This document shows positions 25,207-32,000 of a stretch of DNA of 32,000 bases, piece after piece. Numbering within the stretch: the first letter of the stretch is position 1; every line of letters begins with the position of its first letter. Source of the DNA: an uncultured archaeon (GTDB taxonomy: Archaea > Iainarchaeota > Iainarchaeia > Iainarchaeales > DATDZZ01); NCBI GenBank assembly GCA_964373795.1, contig CAYJVY010000001.1, positions 30,001 to 62,000 of the forward strand, given 5' to 3'. A program made the position numbers and the translations under genes. Below the pieces are notes generated by a model, which worked only from the letters and a program-made list of their open reading frames with translations, made no database searches and had not been told where the DNA came from.

Positions 25207-25518
25207 ATGAATGAGCTTAGTAAAACAGTTAGTGAATTAAAAGAAGCTGAAAAAGAAAAAACTTCCATTATTGAATCTGCTTTGAAAGAAAAAGAAGAAA
25301 TAATTCAATCAGCTTTAGAAGAATCTAAGAAAACTATAGAGGAAACTCAAAAACAGGCAACCCAACAACAAAACAAGTCCTTGGAAAAAGCCAGAAAACA
25401 ATTAGATGAAGAAATTGAAAAAATTTCTAAAAAAGCTTTAAGCGATTCAGAAAAATTTTCTAAAACTAAAATGAACTCTTCTTTGAAAAAAAAATTAAGT
25501 GAAATAATAGAACTTTAA
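25207..25518 (+). CDS. atpH: A1AO ATP synthase subunit H
   Basis: 103-aa all-helical K/E/Q-rich protein in first position of the H-I-K-E-C-F-A-B order. Confidence 0.75.
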   Translation: MNELSKTVSELKEAEKEKTSIIESALKEKEEIIQSALEESKKTIEETQKQATQQQNKSLEKARKQLDEEIEKISKKALSDSEKFSKTKMNSSLKKKLSEIIEL

Positions 25519-25534
25519 AAAAAAGGTTTTTGAA

Positions 25535-27427
25535 ATGTTTAGTCCAGTAAAAATTGCAAAAACAAGATTAATTGGGTTACAAAAGGATAAAGAAACAGCC
25601 ATAAATGCATTGCATTTCTATGGAAAAATTCATGTAAAAAGTTTTCCGTTTCAAGGAGTTTTAGAACAAGAAAAACCTTTCCAAAAATATAATGAATTAG
25701 TTGAACAATTAATTAAATTGGAAGGAATTTTATCACTAATTCCTCCAAAACCGGTTTTATTCAGAAAAAAAACAATTCCAGTTGAACAGGCGTTACTTGA
25801 ATGTAAAGAACTTGATTTGAGTAAAAAAATTTCTAATGCAAAAAAAGAAGTGGAAGAAATTCGCATCTCAAAAGAAAAAATTGAAAGCGAATTAAAGACA
25901 TTGGAATTAGTTAAAGACTTTCACTTAAATTTTTCTGATTTACGAAGTGAAAGCATTGACTTTGTTTTAGGAAAAATTTCTTCAACAAAAAATATAGATG
26001 ATTTACAACACATTACTAAAAAAATTGAAATAATTAGAAAACCTTTAAGCAAAGAAAAAAAGATTATTTTAGTAATTGTTCAAAAAACTTTTTTACAAAA
26101 AGTAAAAGAAAAATTGTTTAAAAATAATTTTGAAGAAATAGTTTTGCCTGAAATTAGTGGAACTCCAAATGAAATAATGAGTAAATTGCATTCAGATTTA
26201 GGCGGGTTAACCACTAGAAAAAACTCTGCAGAAAATGAATTAAAAAAAGTTAGTGAAAACTTTTATGAAAAAATTTTATTCTTGAAAGAAATTATTGAAA
26301 TTGAAAAGAAAAAATTTGAAGTAATGTATAGTTTTGGAAAAACAAGTGACTTGTTTTATTTAGAGTTTTTCCTTCCAGAAAAGGAATTAGATTTATTTAA
26401 ATCTTTTTTTCATAAACATTTTTCTTCAAAATATTTATTGCAAGTGGAAAACAGTAAAGAATTAATGCATTCACATGAGGAAACTCCAACTGTAATGCAA
26501 AACCCGAATGCATTATCCCCTTTTGAGTTCATGATAAAGTTTGTTTCCTTACCTCAAAGCAATGAAATTGATCCAACAATAATTTTTTTCTGGTTTTTTC
26601 CAATATTTTATGGATTAATGGTTGGAGATGTAGGATATGGATTGTCTGCATTGATTTTAAGTTCAATTCTTTTTATTAAATTGCCTAAAAACCATTTACT
26701 TAAACCAATTTCAGCTATGTTAATTTATTCTTCTCTTCCAACTATTTTATTTGGAATTATATTTGATGAATATTTTGGATTTCCTCATCAAAAATTACTT
26801 GAATTATTTGGCTTTCATGAATTAGAGTTTTATCACGGAATTGAAAGATTACAGAGCATTCCAATTCTTATTACTGCAACAATTTTAATTGGATTACTGA
26901 CTATTTGCTTAGGATTTTTATTTGGAGCAATTAATGCTTTAATTGAAAAAAATTTCAAGCACTGTATTGCAAAAATTTCATGGATTTTTTTACTTTGTTC
27001 TGGAACAATAATGATTGCAGGCGGATTGTTTAATTTTTTGCCGGAATTCTTAATTCCTTCTGCAGTAATCTTTATTATTGCTTTAATTCCAATAATTTTA
27101 TTTGAAGGAGTAATTGGGTTAATTGAAATTCCAAGCACTGCTGGAAATATCTTGTCTTTTATAAGAATTTTAGCAGTAGGACTAGTTGGAGTAATGATTG
27201 CACTTATTTTAAATAAATTATTGCTTCCATCTCCAGAGCAAGGGTTAATATTGTTAATAACAATTCCATTATACTTGATTGGACATTTTGTTAACCTTGT
27301 ACTAGCAATGTTTGAATCATTGGTTCAAGGAGCAAGACTAAACTATGTAGAGTTTTTTTCAAAGTTTTTTCATGGAGGAGGAAAAATATTCAAGCCATTC
27401 AAGGCTGAAAGAAATTATACTCAGTAA
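25535..27427 (+). CDS. atpI: A1AO ATP synthase subunit I (a-subunit, stator/ion channel)
   Basis: 630 aa with a ~330-aa soluble coiled N-terminal half, then ~7-8 TM helices. These include the LSFIRILAVGL region, which carries the conserved channel Arg. Confidence 0.9.
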   Translation: MFSPVKIAKTRLIGLQKDKETAINALHFYGKIHVKSFPFQGVLEQEKPFQKYNELVEQLIKLEGILSLIPPKPVLFRKKTIPVEQALLECKELDLSKKISNAKKEVEEIRISKEKIESELKTLELVKDFHLNFSDLRSESIDFVLGKISSTKNIDDLQHITKKIEIIRKPLSKEKKIILVIVQKTFLQKVKEKLFKNNFEEIVLPEISGTPNEIMSKLHSDLGGLTTRKNSAENELKKVSENFYEKILFLKEIIEIEKKKFEVMYSFGKTSDLFYLEFFLPEKELDLFKSFFHKHFSSKYLLQVENSKELMHSHEETPTVMQNPNALSPFEFMIKFVSLPQSNEIDPTIIFFWFFPIFYGLMVGDVGYGLSALILSSILFIKLPKNHLLKPISAMLIYSSLPTILFGIIFDEYFGFPHQKLLELFGFHELEFYHGIERLQSIPILITATILIGLLTICLGFLFGAINALIEKNFKHCIAKISWIFLLCSGTIMIAGGLFNFLPEFLIPSAVIFIIALIPIILFEGVIGLIEIPSTAGNILSFIRILAVGLVGVMIALILNKLLLPSPEQGLILLITIPLYLIGHFVNLVLAMFESLVQGARLNYVEFFSKFFHGGGKIFKPFKAERNYTQ

Positions 27428-27458
27428 ATTATGTTTAAAATTTTAAGGAGGAAAAAAT

Positions 27459-27695
27459 ATGGTATTATTTGAAGGCGCAGGAGCAATAGCTATTGCAGCA
27501 GGATTAGCAATTGCTGGAGGAGCAATTGGAACTGCTTGGGCTCAATCAGCTATTGGAAGCTCAGCAATGGGAGTAATAGCTGAAAGACCAGAAGAAGCAT
27601 CCAGGCTAATAATTTGGTTAGCTTTACCAGAGACAATGGTAATCCTAGGCTTTGTTGTAGCAGCAATGATGATGGTATTAAAAATACCAGTATAA
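27459..27695 (+). CDS. atpK: A1AO ATP synthase subunit K (c-subunit proteolipid, single hairpin)
   Basis: 78 aa with a Gly/Ala-rich helix 1 (AIAAGLAIAGGAIGTAWAQSAIG), an ERPEE loop and helix 2 carrying the ion-binding carboxylate (LALPETMVILGF). GGAGG SD is present. Confidence 0.92.
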   Translation: MVLFEGAGAIAIAAGLAIAGGAIGTAWAQSAIGSSAMGVIAERPEEASRLIIWLALPETMVILGFVVAAMMMVLKIPV

Positions 27696-27715
27696 AAGCT
27701 TTTTAAAAAAAGCTT
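27696..27715. other. palindrome AAGCTTTTT-AA-AAAAAGCTT immediately after the atpK stop (potential RNA hairpin)
   Basis: 9-nt arms at 27696-27704 and 27707-27715 are exact reverse complements. It opens the 111-nt atpK-atpE gap. Confidence 0.6.
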
Positions 27716-27749
27716 ACAAAAAAAATTGCAAAAACTTTACAAAAAAAAA

Positions 27750-27778
27750 GAAAACTTTTGCATAAATGCAGAGTTTTC
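27750..27778. other. imperfect inverted repeat GAAAACTTTTGCAT-AA-ATGCAGAGTTTTC in the atpK-atpE gap
   Basis: The outer arms GAAAACT / AGTTTTC and inner arms TGCAT / ATGCA are complementary, with an internal mismatch or bulge. Confidence 0.5.
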
Positions 27779-27806
27779 TTTAAAGAAATTATTTGGAGGT
27801 AGTTAA

Positions 27807-28364
27807 GTGGGAATTGAGTTACTTAGCAAAGAAATACTTGAAGACGCAAAAGAAAAAGCTAAAGAAATTCATAGAGAAGCTTTAAGTGAAAAGAAAAAAA
27901 TCTTACTTGAAGCAGAAAAGCAAAAACAAGAAATTCTTTCAAAAGCGGAAAAAACAGTTGAAAACATTATTGCAGTAGAAAAACGGGAAAAGATTTCAAG
28001 TGCACAACTTGAAGCAAAAAGAATGATTAATGAATCAAAAGAGTTAGCTGTAAATAAGGCTTTAGAAGAGTTATGGCAAGAGTTTATTAAAACTCGCGAA
28101 TCAAAAAAATATTCCGAAAGTCTTTCAAAACTTGCAAGCCAAGGAGTTAAAGAAATTGGGAAAGACGCAATTATTAAAGTTAATTCAAAGGATTTAAAAT
28201 TACTAAAAGAAAACTTTAATTTATCGAAAACTTCTGCAAACATTTCTGGAGGAGTAATTGTTTGCTCTGCAGATGAAAGAATTATTGTAAACAATTCCTT
28301 TGAAGCATTATTTGATGCAAAAAAAGATGAAATGAAGAAGATTTTATTCAAAGAATTATTTTGA
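27807..28364 (+). CDS. atpE: A1AO ATP synthase subunit E (peripheral stalk)
   Basis: 185 aa with a long N-terminal K/E helix and a C-terminal globular domain (GGVIVCSADERIIVNNSFEALF). The GTG start at 27807 has GGAGG 7 nt upstream. Confidence 0.88.
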   Translation: MGIELLSKEILEDAKEKAKEIHREALSEKKKILLEAEKQKQEILSKAEKTVENIIAVEKREKISSAQLEAKRMINESKELAVNKALEELWQEFIKTRESKKYSESLSKLASQGVKEIGKDAIIKVNSKDLKLLKENFNLSKTSANISGGVIVCSADERIIVNNSFEALFDAKKDEMKKILFKELF

Positions 28365-28375
28365 AATGATGAAAA

Positions 28376-29491
28376 ATGTATTCAGTTAAATTAATTCCGT
28401 TAATTGGCCCACTTATAGGGAATTCATTAGCTTACAGGGCATCTGTTTATGGGTATTCTAATTCAAGAATTAAGTCATTAAAAACTTCTTTACTTGAAAA
28501 AAAGTTTTTACAAGAATTAATTGAAGCAAATTCTTTCAATGAAATTATTTCCTTGCTTGAAAAAACTTCTTACAAAGAAGACTTGGCTCAGGCTTCTTTG
28601 GAAAACATTTCAAATCCAATTGATTTAATTGAATTCTCTTTATCAAAAAATTTAAGTCGAACAATTAGTTTTCTAGCAAAAATTGTTCCTATGGAGGCCT
28701 TGCCTTTTTTGAACACGGTATTCGAAAGATATTATGTTCATAACTTGAAAACAATTCTTTTAGCAAAACACTTAAATGAATCTAGAGAAACTGCAAAAAA
28801 ACTTTTATTAAAGCCATTAAATGTTTCAGAATACAAATTAAATGAATTACTTGAAGCAAAAGATTTACTTAATGTAATTGATAAACTGAAAAACACAGAA
28901 TACTATAATGCTTTAATTAAGGCCTTACCAGAATATAAAAAATCTAATGAAATAGTGTTATTGTTGCAAGAACTAGATTTATTTTATTTTCAAAAAATTG
29001 CAAAAACGGTTTCTGAAAGCAAGCAAATTAAGGGCGATGAAAAAATTATTTCTTCATTAATTGAATCAGAAATTGATTCAAAAAATTTAATGAATATTTT
29101 GCGAGGAAAAATAAATCATTTGGAGAAAACATTTATTGAAAAAATTTTAATTTCAGGCGGAACCTTGAAACAAGAGGTTTTGAAAACATTGTTAAAAGAA
29201 GACTCTATTGAAAAACTAGTGAAAAACATTCCAAATTATAATCTTTCAAGTTCATTAGAAAAATTTAAAGAAGATAATTCGTTAATTCATTTTGAATTAG
29301 AACTTGAAAGCCAAAGACTGAAAAAAGGTTTAAGTGTTTTAAGAAGAAGCATTCTATCTATTGGGACAATAATGGGTTTTGCTTATTTAAAAGAACAAGA
29401 AATTGCAAATATTAAAAAAATTCTTAGAGCAAAAGAATTTAATTTATCAAAACAGGAAACAGAAAAAATGCTTGTATTTATAGGAGCTTAA
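28376..29491 (+). CDS. atpC: A1AO ATP synthase subunit C (V-type d homologue)
   Basis: 371-aa all-helical protein in the expected position. It has the YGYSNSRIKSL N-terminus and the EIANIKKILRAKE C-terminal motif typical of the AtpC/V0-d family. Confidence 0.85.
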   Translation: MYSVKLIPLIGPLIGNSLAYRASVYGYSNSRIKSLKTSLLEKKFLQELIEANSFNEIISLLEKTSYKEDLAQASLENISNPIDLIEFSLSKNLSRTISFLAKIVPMEALPFLNTVFERYYVHNLKTILLAKHLNESRETAKKLLLKPLNVSEYKLNELLEAKDLLNVIDKLKNTEYYNALIKALPEYKKSNEIVLLLQELDLFYFQKIAKTVSESKQIKGDEKIISSLIESEIDSKNLMNILRGKINHLEKTFIEKILISGGTLKQEVLKTLLKEDSIEKLVKNIPNYNLSSSLEKFKEDNSLIHFELELESQRLKKGLSVLRRSILSIGTIMGFAYLKEQEIANIKKILRAKEFNLSKQETEKMLVFIGA

Positions 29492-29494
29492 AAA

Positions 29495-29833
29495 GTGAAT
29501 AACATGGATGAAAACTTTGCGCATAAAATTTTTGTCGTAGCAGACCATTCTACTTGCACAGGGTTTAGGTTAGCTGGAATAACAAATGCTTTTAAGTTAG
29601 AAGGATTTGAAGCTGAAAAAAAATTAGAAGAGTTAATGAATTCACAAGAAGCAGGAATAATTATAATTAATGAAAAACTTTTGACTCAAATGAATTACAA
29701 GTTAAGGCAAAGAATTGATAAAACAGCTAAACCAGTTGTATTAGCTGTTCCAGATAAAAATGGGGCTTCAGAGGAAGCAGAGTCCTTAAAGTTTTTAGTT
29801 AAAAGAGCTTTAGGATTTGAATTAATTAAATAA
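29495..29833 (+). CDS. atpF: A1AO ATP synthase subunit F
   Basis: 112 aa. KIFVVADHSTCTGFRLAGI...AGIIIINEKL...PVVLAVPD is the AtpF/V1-F pattern. The GTG start at 29495 has AGGAG 8 nt upstream; ATG 29504 is an alternative. Confidence 0.85.
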   Translation: MNNMDENFAHKIFVVADHSTCTGFRLAGITNAFKLEGFEAEKKLEELMNSQEAGIIIINEKLLTQMNYKLRQRIDKTAKPVVLAVPDKNGASEEAESLKFLVKRALGFELIK

Positions 29834-29851
29834 CCTTTTAGGAAAAGGTTA
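29831..29851. other. perfect 9-bp stem / 3-nt loop hairpin TAACCTTTT-AGG-AAAAGGTTA that includes the atpF stop codon
   Basis: Arms at 29831-29839 and 29843-29851 are exact reverse complements. An ~90-nt A-rich tract follows, up to the atpA SD. Confidence 0.65.
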
Positions 29852-29940
29852 GCGAAAAAAAAGTAAGCAAAAAAAATAACAAAAAAAGAAAAAATTGATG
29901 GAAAAAAATTTAAAAAATAGGGAAAGTTAGAGGTGAAAAA

Positions 29941-31710
29941 ATGGGATTACTTCATAGAATTGTTGGGCCTGTAGTTGTAGCTGAAGGAATGAGAGGAGCA
30001 AAAATTTACGATGTTGTAAAAGTTGGAAAAGAAAAATTAATTGGAGAAATAATTAAAATTAATGGAGATTTTGCAACAATTCAGGTTTACGAAGACACTT
30101 CTGGATTAATGCCTGGAGAAAAGGTTGAAAATACTGAAATGCCGTTAAGTGTTGAATTAGGCCCGGGTTTATTGCAAAATATTTATGATGGAATTCAAAG
30201 ACCTTTAGAGGCAATTAAAAAAGAATCAGGAAACTTTATTTCAAGAGGAATTCAAGTAAACGCAATTGATAGAAAAAAGAAATGGGATTTCAAAGCAGCA
30301 GCGAAAAAAGGAGAAGAAGTTTCAGAAGGAGATGTTCTTGGAATAGTTCAAGAAACTTCTTTAATAGAGCACAGAGTTTTAGTTCCTCAAGGAATGAAAG
30401 GAAAATTAATTGAAATAAAATCAGGAAAATTCAATGTAGAAGAAGTAATTGCAGTAATCAAAACCATGGAAGGAGAAAAAGAAATTGCCATGCTTCAAAA
30501 ATGGTTTGTAAGAAAGCCTAGAAGGGTTGTGGAAAAACTTGCTCCAGATAATCCATTAATTACTGGAATGAGAATATTAGATACTTTTTTTCCAATAGCT
30601 AAAGGAGGAACTGCAGCAATTCCAGGACCGTTTGGCTCTGGAAAAACTGTAACGCAGCAAGCACTTGCGAAATGGTCTGACGCACAAGTAATTGTTTACG
30701 TTGGCTGTGGCGAGAGAGCGAATGAGATGGCCGAAGTTTTAATTGAGTTTCCACATTTAATAGATCCAAAATCAGGCAAGCCTTTAATGGAGAGAACAAT
30801 TTTAGTTGCAAATACTTCAAACATGCCTGTAGCTGCAAGAGAGGCTTCTGTTTATACTGGAATAACTTTAGCAGAATATTATAGGGACATGGGTTATGAT
30901 GTTGCTTTAATGGCTGATTCAACTTCTCGTTGGGCTGAAGCAATGAGAGAAATTTCTTCAAGACTAGAAGAAATGCCTGGAGAAGAAGGCTATCCTCCTT
31001 ATTTGGCAAGAAAGTTAGCAGAGTTTTATGAAAGAGCTGGAAGAGCAATTTGTTTAGGAAAAGATAAAAGAAAGGGAAGCATTTCAGTAATTGGAGCTGT
31101 TTCTCCTCCAGGAGGAGATATCTCTGAACCAGTTTCTCAAAACACTTTAAGGGTTACAAAGGTTTTCTGGGCATTAGATGCAAAATTAGCTCAAAGAAGG
31201 CATTTTCCTTCAATTAATTGGTTAAAGTCTTACACTTTATATCAAAATTCTTTGAAAAACTTTTATGCAAACAATGTATCCGCGGACTGGAATGATTTAA
31301 GAAATAATGCAATGGGTTTACTGCAAAAAGAATCAGAGCTTCAAGAAGTAGTGCAATTAGTTGGCCCAGATGCATTGCCTGAAAAAGAACAAGCAATTTT
31401 GTTTACATCTAAAATGATTAGAGAAGACTTTTTACAGCAATCAGCTTTTCATGAAGTTGATACATACTCTTCTTTGAAAAAACAATATGCAATGCTGAAA
31501 ACAATAATGCATTTCTATGAAAAAGCACTTAACTCAATTGATTTAGGAGTTCAATTAAAAGCAATTACCTCATTAGAAGTAAAAAATTCAATTGCTAGAA
31601 TGAAAGAAATTCCTGAAAAAGAGTTTGAGAAAAAAATTTCAGACATTAATTCAGAAATTGATTCTCAATTTGAAAAACTATTGCATCACTTGCAAGTAAT
31701 AACAAAATAA
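29941..31710 (+). CDS. atpA: A1AO ATP synthase catalytic subunit A
   Basis: 589 aa with Walker [36 protein letters not shown] and the non-homologous insert typical of A/V-type A subunits. The sequence is uninterrupted (no VMA-type intein). Confidence 0.97.
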   Translation: MGLLHRIVGPVVVAEGMRGAKIYDVVKVGKEKLIGEIIKINGDFATIQVYEDTSGLMPGEKVENTEMPLSVELGPGLLQNIYDGIQRPLEAIKKESGNFISRGIQVNAIDRKKKWDFKAAAKKGEEVSEGDVLGIVQETSLIEHRVLVPQGMKGKLIEIKSGKFNVEEVIAVIKTMEGEKEIAMLQKWFVRKPRRVVEKLAPDNPLITGMRILDTFFPIAKGGTAAIPGPFGSGKTVTQQALAKWSDAQVIVYVGCGERANEMAEVLIEFPHLIDPKSGKPLMERTILVANTSNMPVAAREASVYTGITLAEYYRDMGYDVALMADSTSRWAEAMREISSRLEEMPGEEGYPPYLARKLAEFYERAGRAICLGKDKRKGSISVIGAVSPPGGDISEPVSQNTLRVTKVFWALDAKLAQRRHFPSINWLKSYTLYQNSLKNFYANNVSADWNDLRNNAMGLLQKESELQEVVQLVGPDALPEKEQAILFTSKMIREDFLQQSAFHEVDTYSSLKKQYAMLKTIMHFYEKALNSIDLGVQLKAITSLEVKNSIARMKEIPEKEFEKKISDINSEIDSQFEKLLHHLQVITK

Positions 31711-31725
31711 TTTGGAGGAAGAAAG

Positions 31726-32000
31726 ATGATTAAAGAATATCAAACTGTTACAGATGTTGCTGGGCCATTGATTTTTATTGAAAGAGTTGAAAATGTTGGA
31801 TTCAATGAATTAGTTGAAGTAATTCTTCCTTCTGGAGAGAAAAAAAAAGGCCAAGTACTAGATGTATCAAAAGGAAAAGCAGTTGTACAAATATTTGGAA
31901 CAACTACTGGATTAGATACAGATAAAACAAAAATCCGTTTTTCTGGAGAGACAATTAAGTTAGGAGTTTCAAAAGAAATGCTTGGAAGAATATTTAATGG
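31726..32000 (+). CDS. atpB: A1AO ATP synthase subunit B, N-terminal 91 codons (partial, runs off the window)
   Basis: Not in the ORF track because it has no stop in the window. ATG 31726 has GGAGG 7 nt upstream. It translates to MIKEYQTVTDVAGPLIFIERVENVGFNELVEVILPSGEKKKGQVLDVSKGKAVVQIFGTTTGLDTDKTKIRFSGETIKLGVSKEMLGRIFNG, the canonical A/V-type B N-terminus. Confidence 0.92.
   Translation, partial: MIKEYQTVTDVAGPLIFIERVENVGFNELVEVILPSGEKKKGQVLDVSKGKAVVQIFGTTTGLDTDKTKIRFSGETIKLGVSKEMLGRIFN

Noticed and set aside
27696-27715. Palindrome after atpK as an intrinsic transcription terminator
   Set aside because: It is followed by an A-run, not a T-run, on the sense strand, and it lies mid-operon with atpE-B still to be expressed. 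It is kept only as a possible RNA-stability or processing element.
27869-28351. 160-aa ORF antisense to almost the whole of atpE
   Set aside because: It mirrors a K/E-rich coiled-coil gene, since AAA/GAA codons read as TTT/TTC on the other strand and rarely create stops. The product is a low-complexity F/S-rich string with no SD or motif. atpE on the + strand is clearly the real gene.
30599-31048. 149-aa ORF antisense to atpA; also the shorter antisense or alternate-frame ORFs listed inside sufB, sufS, atpI, pepA, ALDH, the aminotransferase and the Cys-rich gene
   Set aside because: All lie wholly inside strongly supported genes, give leucine/glutamine- or F/S-rich low-complexity products, and lack ribosome-binding sites.
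29941-31710. VMA-type intein in atpA (a common archaeal intein site at the P-loop)
   Set aside because: The Walker A region reads continuously ([14 protein letters not shown]) and the protein is a normal 589 aa, so there is no insertion.
1-32000. CRISPR arrays, tRNA/rRNA genes, transposases/integrases/IS ends, or known defence-system signatures (Cas, restriction-modification, Argonaute, etc.)
   Set aside because: No regularly spaced repeats, no GC-rich structured islands in this AT-rich background, and no ORF with DDE/tyrosine-recombinase or nuclease/helicase defence motifs were seen. The only selfish-element-like items are the intein, the PIN/AbrB pair and the 16-bp-repeat-flanked ORF.

Overview
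AT-rich segment (about 30% GC by eye, not computed) that reads as archaeal chromosome, probably a small-genome DPANN-like lineage (inference). Support: an A1AO ATP-synthase operon in the archaeal order atpH-I-K-E-C-F-A-B (25.2-32.0 kb, atpB cut by the window end), an Lrp/AsnC regulator, a geranylgeranyl-reductase relic, and GGAGGTGA-type Shine-Dalgarno sites before most genes. A second large block (11.1-18.4 kb) is an iron/Fe-S cluster: ArsR-like regulator, sufC, sufB, sufD, sufS, sufU, DUF1858, ferredoxin and a VIT1/CCC1 transporter. Its sufB is interrupted by a 160-aa mini-intein inside the conserved EG/CTAP motif. Other housekeeping genes: M17 leucyl aminopeptidase, class-III omega-aminotransferase, aldehyde dehydrogenase, glutaredoxin, DUF2064 protein, hexapeptide acyltransferase, Endo-IV-like TIM barrel and an O-methyltransferase. 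Accessory content includes a tail-to-tail overlapping PIN/AbrB pair, a CuA-motif cupredoxin lipoprotein beside a truncated GGR gene, and a 64-aa protein with a duplicated CxxC-x8-CC motif. It also includes a 205-aa ORF flanked by 16-bp direct repeats, and a 640-aa secreted modular protein with about 50 cysteines followed by a small coiled-coil lipoprotein. I found no CRISPR array, tRNA/rRNA, transposase/integrase or recognisable multi-gene defence system. Most of the window is ordinary core genome. The most novel-looking items are single genes or gene pairs: the Cys-rich secreted protein with its lipoprotein, the intein, the PIN/AbrB pair and the Cys-repeat mini-protein. All family calls come from motif recognition by eye; no searches were run.
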